Positions 24,097-35,376 of a stretch of DNA of 64,000 bases are shown in pieces. Position 1 is the first letter of the stretch; every line of letters starts with the position of its first letter. The position numbers and the translations under genes were made by a program. Below the pieces are notes generated by a model. The model did not search any database, was not told the DNA's origin, and worked only from the letters and a program-made list of their open reading frames with translations. Source of the DNA: Trichosphaerium sp. ATCC 40318 (lineage: Eukaryota; Protista; Tubulinea); contig JALMLS010000466.1 in assembly GCA_038496445.1 (NCBI GenBank), positions 310,001 to 374,000 on the forward strand, read 5' to 3'.

Positions 24097-27000
24097 TTAC
24101 AAATTTAAGTTTATGATTAATTCTTCACAAGTTTCTGGTTTTGTCCCGTTATCAAGTGTAGCTATTACTTTTGAATAGAGTTGTTTTGCTTCTTCCAACG
24201 AATCACCTTTTGATAAAACAACATTAGTATTGCACGTGCAAAAAAAAAAAAATAGAATTCCTCAAGTACGAGTACAAACTGGCCTTTTGACGTACCAACA
24301 CATGTTACGCCACATTTACCATACTCAGACAATGCACCGATAAGATGAAAAACGGCACCCTTTCCTAAATCAGGGTTCCACTAAGGGAAGTAAGCTCACA
24401 TGGCTCTAGAAAAAATTCAGTTTTAATTTGCAGTACCATTAAAGCGCTGCCACGAAAAATATTCATTAAATCTGACGGTAGTAACCCTCTATATGCCTCT
24501 GATCGTACATTGTCTGAAGCAATATAATATTTGGGATGGTCAGACTATGAATAGTTAGTTAAAGGCAACGACACTACTAACTTGTACTTACATCTTCACC
24601 AAAGAATTTTCCTTGTTCAACATCATAATTACCATTTGTGAGGTATTTTAACGTCTATTGTTTATCAGTTACAAGACAACAAATCTAAGTTGACCATTTC
24701 AACTAATAAACACAATGCCATACCATTAAGGGGTGTGTAGTGCCTCCAGTTCTTAAGTTAAGTTCAAGTGCTTTCACATCCATAAAACCATGATCTTTCG
24801 GAACGCTGATGAAATCCATAGAGAAATTACTACGATAAAAGGGTAAGTATCTACAAGACCTTTTGGATAATAGACAGATAAAAAAAACATTGATATAAAA
24901 TCCCTTTAGAAGGTAGCTTTGGTTAACGGATTTTCTTGTAATTTTTTATTTATTAAAATCAGTTTTCTTAGACGTACCCAACTACTCCTCTCTTTGCTAG
25001 TTCTTCACCTGCTTTCGTACCAAGTTTATTAAGCTTCGCTCTATATACTTCATTACATGGGAATGTACATCCAATATAAACTTGGTCACTTAGAAGCTGT
25101 TCGTGCTGTTAAAAAGTGAAAGTCAAATAAAATTAACAATTTGGCTTAATAAATTTTTAAACTCAGGATACTGTTGACATTACTGAAATCTTTCGCGTGT
25201 CAGGATTAATAAAAACCTGGACAGATGGTGAAGTCTTTCCAGGGCCCTCCATATATTTCTCAACAATACATCCCTACATCCTCAAAAGTCAGTAAAAAGT
25301 AATCACGTGTTCAAAGAGCAACTTTTTTTTTGGTACCATTTGTCTCATTTTTTTATTGTATGCACTCCAACCACCATGTATAAATCTCATTGTAGGTAAT
25401 AATGCATTAACATCATGCTCTGTAAGGTCAGCTATACTCTTCCCAGATTTTGAAACATCCAAGATTGCATTACCCTCGCCTTTTGATCAAACCGTTAACG
25501 CCAAAACAAAATAATTTCGATCTTACCTGAAAACCCATCATTTAATTTTACAATCAATCTCCTAAGATATGGTGTATTAGTACGTGACGTATGCTCATAA
25601 ATTATCGTTCGTACCTTATGCCAAAGTGATTCTGTTTTTCTAATTCCAAGATTCCCTTTGCCAAGTCCTCTGGTGTGTAAAAACTTTAAAAAAAGTGAGC
25701 TAATATTTTTTGAGGCTATTGCTATTGTGTTCACCTTTTGTACACTCCTGGGCAATGAGGCATACCAATCTCCTTAAAAAACTTTCGGCTACCCATTTTA
25801 GTACCCCAATGTAATGTGGTAGGATCAGTTGCAACTAGAACCGTTGGTCAAAACAAGAATGAATAAAAAAAAAGATGGTACCATTTTTAGCTCCAAGAAT
25901 CTTTGATAATTTACGTTCCGCTTCTGTAACCCGCAGGCACACAAATTTAGCTTTAGCCTTACCAATAGCTAGTAAAAACAGTAAGTTAAATAATATACCA
26001 CTCAACATCAACTAATGATTGAGTAATACCTCGTTTTATGCGTGCCATCAATCGAGGTCTTTGTAAGATTTTTTGTGTTAATGGAATACTTGTATTTGAA
26101 TCATATGTTGATAACATCATTAACCTTTCCTTAATATCTAAAAAAACAGTTGTCACGTGTCAGAAGTCTTACGGAAGATATCGCTTTCAGTACCGTCTTT
26201 TGCAAAGTGCGGTAATAAGTTAATATAGTATTCAATAATAGAAGGATGAAGAGGTAGCGATGAAACGAAGATAAGCTAAAAGAGTATGAGCAAACAAGTT
26301 TGTACTCATACATCATCAGTATGGTGAGATACTACACGTACTTTTATGCGAGGGAATCTTAGTTGCAAAAGATTAAAAAGTTGTCTCTCTTCGTAGAATA
26401 GAATGCCAGCAATCTATGATAACCCAATAAGTCACACGTGATCTAGTAAAAGAAAGATTTTTGATGCTGTTTGTACCTTGTTTAACTCCTCAGGGTCAAA
26501 ACTTAGTGAAGGTACAATAACCTTTACAGTCTCTTCTTCCTAAGATTGTTATTGAATACTATGAACGTGTATTTGTATTGTAAGTACAGAAGCAGGGTTG
26601 AAATTAGGTGATTGAAATAAAGGTGAACTATCTGAGTAACTCTCTTGAGGTGTAGTGAGATACCTAAGTGTCATTTAGAAAAGTTACCAAACGTCATTTT
26701 TGTTTGAACTTGATTACCATGTTCGTCTCCACGTGTTATTTTTAACATCATTCCATAAATCCCCCGATCTACCTGGAGACTTTGGATATGTTGATCCGTA
26801 TCCCTTAAAGGTATAAAAGTTAATATAACCAACTCTTGGAGGAGAGACTGTTTTGTCAAAAATGTGTCAAATTTTTTTTTCATAATTATGACAGATTTTC
26901 TACTCACTTCGAGGCCATCGACATGAAACGTTGGTTGCGTATCATCGGATATTCTGCGTGCCATCTAAACAAAGTCATTTGAAGTGTATCCGGGTGATCC

Positions 27001-27460
27001 TACATACACGAATTGGTGTTGTTGTCGGCGTGCTATAGCGACTCTCGAAAGTATCGCCAGACATCCTAAATAGGTCCTCACTTCCACTCGAAACGCGAAA
27101 TTGCGCTTGCGCTTCTTTTTTGCGTTAATTGTACGAATTTAAATTTAAAGCTTACTGTTTGAGTCCTGTCGCTCTATATATATTGTTAGTGTATGATACC
27201 GAGCAATTACGAAATATTTACAAATTCGAACCTTGAATGATAAGTGTGCTGCCTGCTACTTCGCTTGGATGCGCTAAAACTAGCGATAGAGGTACTACAA
27301 CATCTCTTTGGACAAAATAGTGTATGTTGCTATTAAATCCAAATAGCGCAGCTAGTATATCCAATAATTCGCGTTCAGGCATACCAGGGTATAGTTTACA
27401 TGTTTTTTCTAACGTTTTGTACTTTATTGTAACATTTATAGACGGAATGCCGTGTTCCAT
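24097..27460 (-). CDS. ATP-grasp peptide/amide ligase, PGM1/BesA-related (bacterial-type), with an N-terminal beta-grasp-like extension; many introns
   Basis: VPSLSFDPEELNK|IAGILFYEERQLF; IVKLNDGFSG|EGNA; TSPSVQ; ELNLRTGGTTHP; YYIASDNV; YRGLLPSDL; GAVFHLIGALSEYGKCGVTCVG|DSLEEA. Confidence 0.8.
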
Positions 27461-27707
27461 ATTGCATAATAAGATTTTTTCGCTAATACTTGTTCTGGTA
27501 TACCAGAAAAAAAGCTAAACTTGTTGTTTGCAATTTGTTCACTGTCTCGAAAAAAGACCGTCCTTAATTGCACTTAAGCGGTATCCGAATAAGAAAATGA
27601 ACATGACACATAAAGAGGTACTAGTTGTGGGTTACGTTACTGCATTAAAGTCATATTTTGGCAGGTTTTTTATATTTTACATTCAGTTCCCATTTTTTGT
27701 TCTTTTG

Positions 27708-30700
27708 TCACGTGTCTCTGAAGGACAATTTGCAAAACAAGCTTGTCTCTCTTAACGCTTTTTTCTTACCTTCAGCGAATAAAGGAATAGTTCGATAACC
27801 AGAACGTATTGCGGCCATAGGCAAAAAACTAGTAAAAAATGATAAGTTGTTTCAGTACTGAAAGCAAAACAAAAGCATTCACCTGTTGAGTATCGTGTCT
27901 TGGCCTATAACGACGGAAATATGAAACACTGCTATCTTAGGACATGATATTAAAAATTGGAATTGCTCATTCCATACAGGATTCCATCTATTAGCTTCTT
28001 GGCGATTGTTAAGGCAAAAAATATACGAATCAAAAAAAAAAAAAAGGTTGGATACTGATAATAGTTGATCTCTTTCTGTTTCTCCTAGTATCCGCTGTTG
28101 CACCGTACACTGAAAATCTATGATATATTAAGAACTTACTATTACAACAAAATCTATCAGTACCGCACAACAACTTCGTTTTTACCACGTTTTGGTGGAG
28201 GCAATTGCCATCCACTTATCAATGTAAGTGTAAACGCCAACTTTGGCGCTAATTTAGCATCTGAAGGATTCAATATTTGTTTTGGTTTCAGCATATACTC
28301 AGGCTTTAAAATATACCTTAAAGTTTACCAAATAAGTCACGTGTCAATCAAATAAAAGTACTACAAAAATTACAGCGACAAAACTGAAAAAAAATTTACG
28401 TTAACTAATAGCTATGACTTACCCACATCCACCATTTAGTGAAAACAATGCTCTATTTATTTGCATAGCTAGATCATTTGTCTATAGTATAATTAAGATA
28501 ACATAGGAGGGAAGATGAAAGGAATAAAAAGGCGTACTTGATAATTTAATGATACCAGTTGACAACCTGTCATCCAAAAAGACGTAGGCATAAAATTACT
28601 CGAGTCTACACGGGCACCCTTAGGGTAAATACGGACGAATGAATTTTGTGTCCAATTAATGAGTTTCTTTGGCTTATTTACAAGTTTTTTAGCCGCATCC
28701 TCGTTAAGAGAAGCGAGCTCCCATCCATTACTTAATAATATGTTAACGAAAAAAAATCAAAGATGTGCATACTTTTTTGCTTTAAAGCCAGGCCATGGAC
28801 GGGTCTAATTCACTCGTTAGCAATTTTTGTAAATTAATGTGATATTCTTACTTTAAAGTGGATGCGCTCTAGGAGTTCTTTTGGCGTATGTGTCCACGGG
28901 TTTAAAATATCTTCAACTTTTTCTGAACCCTTTTTCTTCTTTTGAGGATTCTATGACAAGTTTAAGCGAAAGTCATTATCCAAGATTAACGCACCTTTAT
29001 AAGTACTTTACCCAATAGATCTTGGGGAGAAGGTAAATCACCTGAAGATGCACCACCAGCCAAAACTAAGGGGAATGGTTCAAAAACAAGACATAAAAAA
29101 AGTAATATTGTACCTGCATTGAACAGTGAAGTCACTTTACTGTCAGGAAGCATACCCGCCGCTTTTTGTCGAAATAAGTACATTGGCATATCATTGCTTA
29201 TGTATCAATTGAGTACATATGAAAATGCGTACCGCCTAGAATAGCATCAAGTTGCTTTACAAACTCTATTTGATTTGTTGTTGTAAGATGATTTTCGATG
29301 CTAAGAATGATCGGATACTGTGAAGCCACGAAACCATGATCACGTATACATATGAGTACATCATTTAACCGTACACTAGAAGTTAAAGTTCCACCATGTG
29401 TGATTATAGGGCCCTTTCTGGAATCCCAACAATCAACTAAAAGAACAGTTAAACGTGTATTTTTGTTTTCTTCGAAAAGGTGTCACTCACGTTCAATGCA
29501 TCTACAGCCTTCTAAGAGTACTTTTTTGTATGCTTCTACAGAAGCTTTAGATTTAAGTTGATCTCCCTTTAAATTTAGTGAGTAAAGTATATAAAGACGT
29601 GGAGCATACCTCCAAGTAAGTATTATGAGATGAAGCAATTAAGTAATGAGACAAAGGGTGAGACATATCCTCCGTTACTTTTTTGACTTGATTATCACAT
29701 GGTCCGTTGTGTTTAGATACCAAGTAATTGATAAATCCTTTCATTGACAGACAATCAGGCGGTACAAAATCTTGTTGCTAAAAAAGTTCCAAAAGGGTCA
29801 GTAATTTCAATGACTGTTTTTACAATTTTTTTTTGTGTATTAACGAGTTTTTTTTGTTGACCGTACGCCCTGTGCGACAGCTCGCGACCAGCCGACATCT
29901 TGTGCTGGTCGCACAAACGCAGGTCTTGATCCAATCGAAGTATTTCTACGACGGAGTCTCATAGAAACACGTACCGATTGCCAAGAGTTCGTAGTTGGTC
30001 TTTGGAAAACAGCGCTAAAAAGTTTATTGTAAGTTATCTATTAGAAAGAAAGGGACCTTCCTACCTAGTAGATTCAGCAATCTGTTTCGTCTTGGAAGGA
30101 ACAGCTTTTGTAGACATACTGTGAGATATACCGGCTACAAACAGGTTAATTACAGAAATCCAAAAGCAGTGTTGAAAGTACCTGGTTGTTCCATTTTTGT
30201 AGCACCAGTACCAAGCCTGCTTCTCTTCAATCGTTCCTTCGTTGGTTCAGCTTCTGATTTTGCAATAAGTGCTGTAACATATTGTGGTGTTGCGTTTATT
30301 TCCTGAATGTAGAGTTATAACGTTAAACAAACAAAAAAAATCACATGACACGTGATTTTTGTTACATACATTTTGATCTTCTCGCACAAACTTGTAAAAT
30401 TGTTCATCTTGGATGTATTTTTTGTCCGAGAATTTATCGTGGTACACCTTTTGGAGTTCATCTCTTACCCTAATATTACTGTTATAACAAACAACCTATG
30501 ATGTCCCAAAAAGAACCTCAAAGATTTGATAAATCTAACAAACTCCACAAAATCGAGAGAGCCAGTATTACTTGTGTCAAAGTGCTAACCGTCAATTAAC
30601 CAAAGATTTCTATCATTCATTCCATTAAACTTACCTCCAAAACACCTCTCAGTGTATCACGTGGCATATCAACACCAAGTACCTAGTTTTTGTTTAAAAA

Positions 30701-31494
30701 AAGGAACTAACTTGCGCTAGTGTTGTTTGTAACACACATACCCGTAGCAAAGAAATAACTTCCTTATACTCTACCTGCCCATCATTATTCGCTTCTGCTA
30801 TTTGCCATTTTTCCAAAGCATACTTATAGTCCTGTCAGTGCTTTGTTAAGGATTTAAACAAAACGGTTAAACAAAAAGACAAATGACGCTATCGGTTTCT
30901 TTCTGGTCCACAAGGATACTTTTCACGTGCTTCTTGAAGCTGGTACTCCTCTATATTACGTACGTAAGGGTATGTTCTCTCATTTAAAAGGGGAACGTAC
31001 TGTCTAGGCGCATTTTTATTGATAGAATTTGCTGAATCCAATAAGCACACAAGTGTGCATTCGACGCTCTAAGAAGGAATGTAGCCGTGAACGTAGTTAT
31101 GCATATTTGTAGTGGCCTATTTGGGCGTTTAGAGAAAGATGACACTCTGTAAGTTTTTTAATTGTTTTTTGCGTACTCCTTTGTATTTGAGACAGATCTA
31201 AGCGTGATGATATCAATAAAGCGCTTTTTGCCTACATTGGTGTAAATACAATTGCTAGCTACCAGTTTACCTTTGAAATCCTCTTTTTGAGGTTCCCTAG
31301 CATCATCCTCCACTTCTCCTCGGTTTAATTCTTGATAAAACAGTTTTCGCCTGCTCCTTCCTAAATGGAACCAGCAATTGGTCCAGCGCTTCCCTTGGTA
31401 ACAGTTTTAATATCCTGCCTATTAAAGGAAAGCAACGGACTACAAAACCGCAAAACATACCTTGGCATAAACTCAAGTACCCCTGTAGAGACAT
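27708..31494 (-). CDS. Phosphoinositide phospholipase C (PH, EF-hands, X/Y catalytic, C2)
   Basis: [17 protein letters not shown] (PH); [19 protein letters not shown]; GCRCIELDCWD; THGGTLT; [16 protein letters not shown]; [10 protein letters not shown]; GYRTIPL. Confidence 0.95.
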
Positions 31495-31709
31495 CCTTGC
31501 ACTGCTAACGTGAAGTCGCGCCTTTTCAATGGGGCTGTGGAAAAAATGAAATTCAACGCCTTTTCGACGCTTTAATTGGTTAACAAGTCCGTAATTGGAG
31601 TCAGAGATATCAATGTATTTCACAAGTACTTGAACAATAAACTAGGTGGTTTTAAAAGCTAATAAACGCTGTTTTAGACTTCCCAAAATAACGTGAATTT
31701 TTATTGATG

Positions 31710-32856
31710 TTAGTGTGTTGCGTAGTACACGAAATACTCAATATTGTATGCATTCTTGATGGCTCTGCCAGGGTTGTCTTTAGCCAATTTCTTTATTGCA
31801 GACTCAGTTTTGGCATCATCCTAGACGCAAGGAATGTAAAATTAAAGAATCAGCTGGGATTTTTTTTTCGTACAGTTGTTCCTCCAATGTCGTTGAAATG
31901 AGACATTTCGTGGACAACAGTTGATGATCTGTCGCCTGGATTAGACCAGAAGAGGCCGCAATAGTGAACAGTGTGAGATTTATCACCTTTATACACCCAA
32001 GCGTAGTAGTTAGCACAACTAGCAACGATTGAGAACACGTGTTAACTATGGAGATTTATGATACGTACTCGTTACAACATAGTGCGTTGAAACTGTTTGG
32101 GTTTAGAGCGCTGTCAATTTTTCCACACATGTTAGAGACGGTGTTCCAACGACCTCCACCATCGGCACCCAACCATGTTTTAGCAACACTTGTGCTAAGC
32201 AAAAAGTTACTTTGAAAAAGAGCTAAACAAGGTTCTACCATGTTTTCTTTTTAAGACAGCTTGCAGCTGCACCAGCTTCTTTTTTGCCTTGGCTAATTGC
32301 TTGTTTGAGTTGGCTCAGTCGAGACGAAGAACACTTTGGGCATTCTGCTTTGGGCATATCTCGGCTAAGTGCCTTCGCTTGTACCACTCGAATTGTAGCG
32401 TTGTTTGTCAAGAGGTTCATCCCGGGATGATTTAAAGCTCGAAGTTCAACGGTGTACACACCTGCGTTTTCCAACTGGTAGTGGACAGCAATATCGACGT
32501 TTGTAGTTATCGTAGCATGAGCTGGAACTATCAAGAAGTCTGTTGGAAGTGGATTTTTGCCTGAGGGAAAAGTCAAACACTAAATCACGTGATCAAATAG
32601 CTAGCTTCTTTTAGAGCGCACCAGGGTAGTAAACCCTTCCAGAGTACATAACAGTATTCTTGGATTCTTGAGTTTTCACGATGAACATATCGCTCTTAAT
32701 ACCCTCAAAAGGTGTACCAATCATCGCCATTTCGACGTTATGATCGCTTGGGTTCGAAACGACGTATTCGATTGTAGCGTCTTGTTTTGATCGTATTGAA
32801 ACGTCCAAAGCTGCTATACATGCTATCACAGCCAACGAAATTATTAAGAGCTTCAT
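31710..32856 (-). CDS. Secreted M35 aspzincin metalloendopeptidase (peptidyl-Lys metallopeptidase/deuterolysin-like)
   Basis: Signal peptide, prodomain (GTPFEG), VHYCGLFW, TVVHEMSHF, GGTT|D, LAKDNPGRAIKNA.N.EYF. Confidence 0.9.
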
Positions 32857-33147
32857 TTACTGTGGTGTTAGTTGGTAAAATGTATGAAATCATACCGCTA
32901 AAAATTCCTAGATTGTTGGGATTTCGTCAACAATCCTGACGCAGTTCGCCTATACATCGCAAATGCTACTATCCAAGGGTTGTATTCAAGTGTCGGTGCA
33001 CATTAAAATCGAGCTATTTTCGGCAAAGTAAGGCAAAACTTAAGCCAATGCCCACAATTTCATCGGTTTAGTCTCCATTTTCTGATAAGATCGTCATTCG
33101 TTTGAACTGTCAGGTCTTCTGATCACGTGCTACCAAAAGCATTCTAT

Positions 33148-33872
33148 TTATTTAAATACAGCTTTTTTGTAATATTTTAATTCATCAATAGAGTCACGAA
33201 TGTCTTGCAGTGCTCTATGTAAATAACTCTTTGGTGGCGCCTATGAAAAATGTTAGAAGAAGTTGTGTCAAATGTCAAATGTCTTTGTTTTTTTTTCACA
33301 TTTTTGTTGACAATTTTATCTCTTCGTACCTTGTTAAACTCTTTAGGGTACCACCTTCGCGTTAACTCCTTTATTGTTGATACGTCAATCAACCTGTAGT
33401 GTAAATGTTTTACAAACTGTGGCATGTAGCGATCAAGGAACTTCTTGTCAGCGTGTATGCTATTACCACATAGAATAGCAGTTCCTGCTTCAGTGTATGG
33501 CTTGGAAATGGTTATTATGCTTCGAACTTAGCTTCACGCGCACCTTGATGAAGTCTAGCATTGTTTTCTCTACGTCTGACATCGATAGCTTGGATTCTTT
33601 GACTTGTTTTGTCAAACCCGATTCTCCGTGATGCTTAATGCACCATTCGTTCATATTGTCCATTATAGAGTCTGGTTGATGTATAATAAGGTCTGGTCCC
33701 TTGATTTATTGTAAATAACGTTAAAACTTGTAATACGCGCCTCTTTTAGTATATTCAAGTCCTTATCTGTAATAATACACGCCATTTCGATGATTGTATC
33801 TTTGTTACAATCTAAACCCGTCATTTCAAGATCTACCCACACTAGGTTCGTCGATTTATCTCCTGCGCTCAT
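33148..33872 (-). CDS. REXO2: Oligoribonuclease (Orn/REXO2)
   Basis: [73 protein letters not shown]. Confidence 0.96.
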
Positions 33873-34008
33873 CTTTAATCGTTCCCGCTCTATTTTGTTG
33901 GTAAGGAAGAGATGTTTTTAAGTGATCTTTCTTGAGTTTCAAAAAAAAAAAAGTCCTTGACATTTCGTTGTTTAAAAATGGCGCTTGTACGGCACACTTT
34001 AGATTTCT

Positions 34009-35040
34009 TTAGGTTACTGTTAAATTATTTACACTCATACCAATCTTCTTCCTCTTGAATAGAGATCGTGATTGCTCTAGCAATTGCAGTTGGATTGATT
34101 TTTTACCTAACATAGAAAACTCTCTCCATTGCCAATTTATAGTTGGATATAATACATCAAGTACTCTAGGAAAGTAATTGAAAAGACCTACGTGACGCGT
34201 AAGTAAGTTAACGAGTAAAACATGTAAAGTGTCACCTCTGCCTCCGTTCTTTGCAATTTGAGTAGACGAAACGCGATACCATTGTTGTGGCTTTGATATA
34301 TCTAAAGTCTTTTCTATACTCTTTAAAAACCTCATTTGATTCATACGTTCTTGCCAAAAACCTCGTGGAACATGTTCACGTTCCCAGCATCCGTGTGGGT
34401 ATAGTTTATTCAAAGTTTCAGCTACAACATCACCATACCTTGCTAATATTGTAGCACCACCTGAGAATACTATATCATCTTTAGAGATATCATTCCACCT
34501 ATCTAAAGTCTTAACGTTAAGTTCCCTGCCAATGTCATTGAATTTTGCACGTTGATTTCCCATGTCATGCCAAAATCCTTGTGGAGCTGTATTGAAACGC
34601 CAAAACACCCACTTGTAGTCAGGATAAATAGCTTTTAACGTCTTTGGTATTGAGCAATTGTAGTTTCTAAACGCATTCATGTTCTTACCTTGAATACCAG
34701 CTAGATCGTCAGTTGTTATATTGTACCATCCATCTAGAGTAAAGATGCAAAGCATTTTTGCAATTTTGTCACATTGTTCTTTTTTGTTTTTTGTACTGTT
34801 CCAGTAACCCTGAGGCGCTGCTTTAAACCGCCATGGCGTCCAAGAGTGCTTGGGATATTTATGAGCAAGTGCCTTTGTTATTGAGTCATTAAATGGCCTC
34901 ACAATACCAGAACCACCGTAGTCGCGTAAATCTTGTATAGTACATTTGTACCAATCATCTAGATGCATGACGCCAAGTTTTAACGCTAAATCATCGAATG
35001 TAGTTCGGTATTTTGGGGTTTTTTGACGGATAGGTGCCAT
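34009..35040 (-). CDS. Trp-rich helical repeat protein (GxW..N....L....xWY....GG...YP...W repeats)
   Basis: Four ~70-aa repeats in the 397-aa ORF (APQGYW, APQGFW, VPRGFW; DDWY, DGWY, DRWN, QQWY). Start (ATG 35040) and last exon uncertain. Confidence 0.7.
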   Translation of the reverse strand: MAPIRQKTPKYRTTFDDLALKLGVMHLDDWYKCTIQDLRDYGGSGIVRPFNDSITKALAHKYPKHSWTPWRFKAAPQGYWNSTKNKKEQCDKIAKMLCIFTLDGWYNITTDDLAGIQGKNMNAFRNYNCSIPKTLKAIYPDYKWVFWRFNTAPQGFWHDMGNQRAKFNDIGRELNVKTLDRWNDISKDDIVFSGGATILARYGDVVAETLNKLYPHGCWEREHVPRGFWQERMNQMRFLKSIEKTLDISKPQQWYRVSSTQIAKNGGRGDTLHVLLVNLLTRHVGLFNYFPRVLDVLYPTINWQWREFSMLGKKSIQLQLLEQSRSLFKRKKIGMSVNNLTVT

Positions 35041-35376
35041 TACTTGCGCATACGCTCTGCGATTCTTTGGGGTAAATCGTAAAACAATCGTGTGACATGT
35101 TGAGGTATTCGCGTATTTCGGTTTTATACACTTGCATTGCTCGCAACGCGTACCAATACGCTCGCCATAAGTGATTGCGCGGCTCGTATGATTGTACATC
35201 ACTATATTTTGGTTGTAGATAATGTTAGGGCATCACGCGTGAGTTGTTGTATTATCCACGTAAAACAAAAAAACAATTGCTTTAGTTGACTAATGTAAGC
35301 TAAACTTAAATCATAGTTCAGGTCACCAATCCCTCTGTACACGCTTCCTGTTTAGGCTACGTATACGTGTATTACC

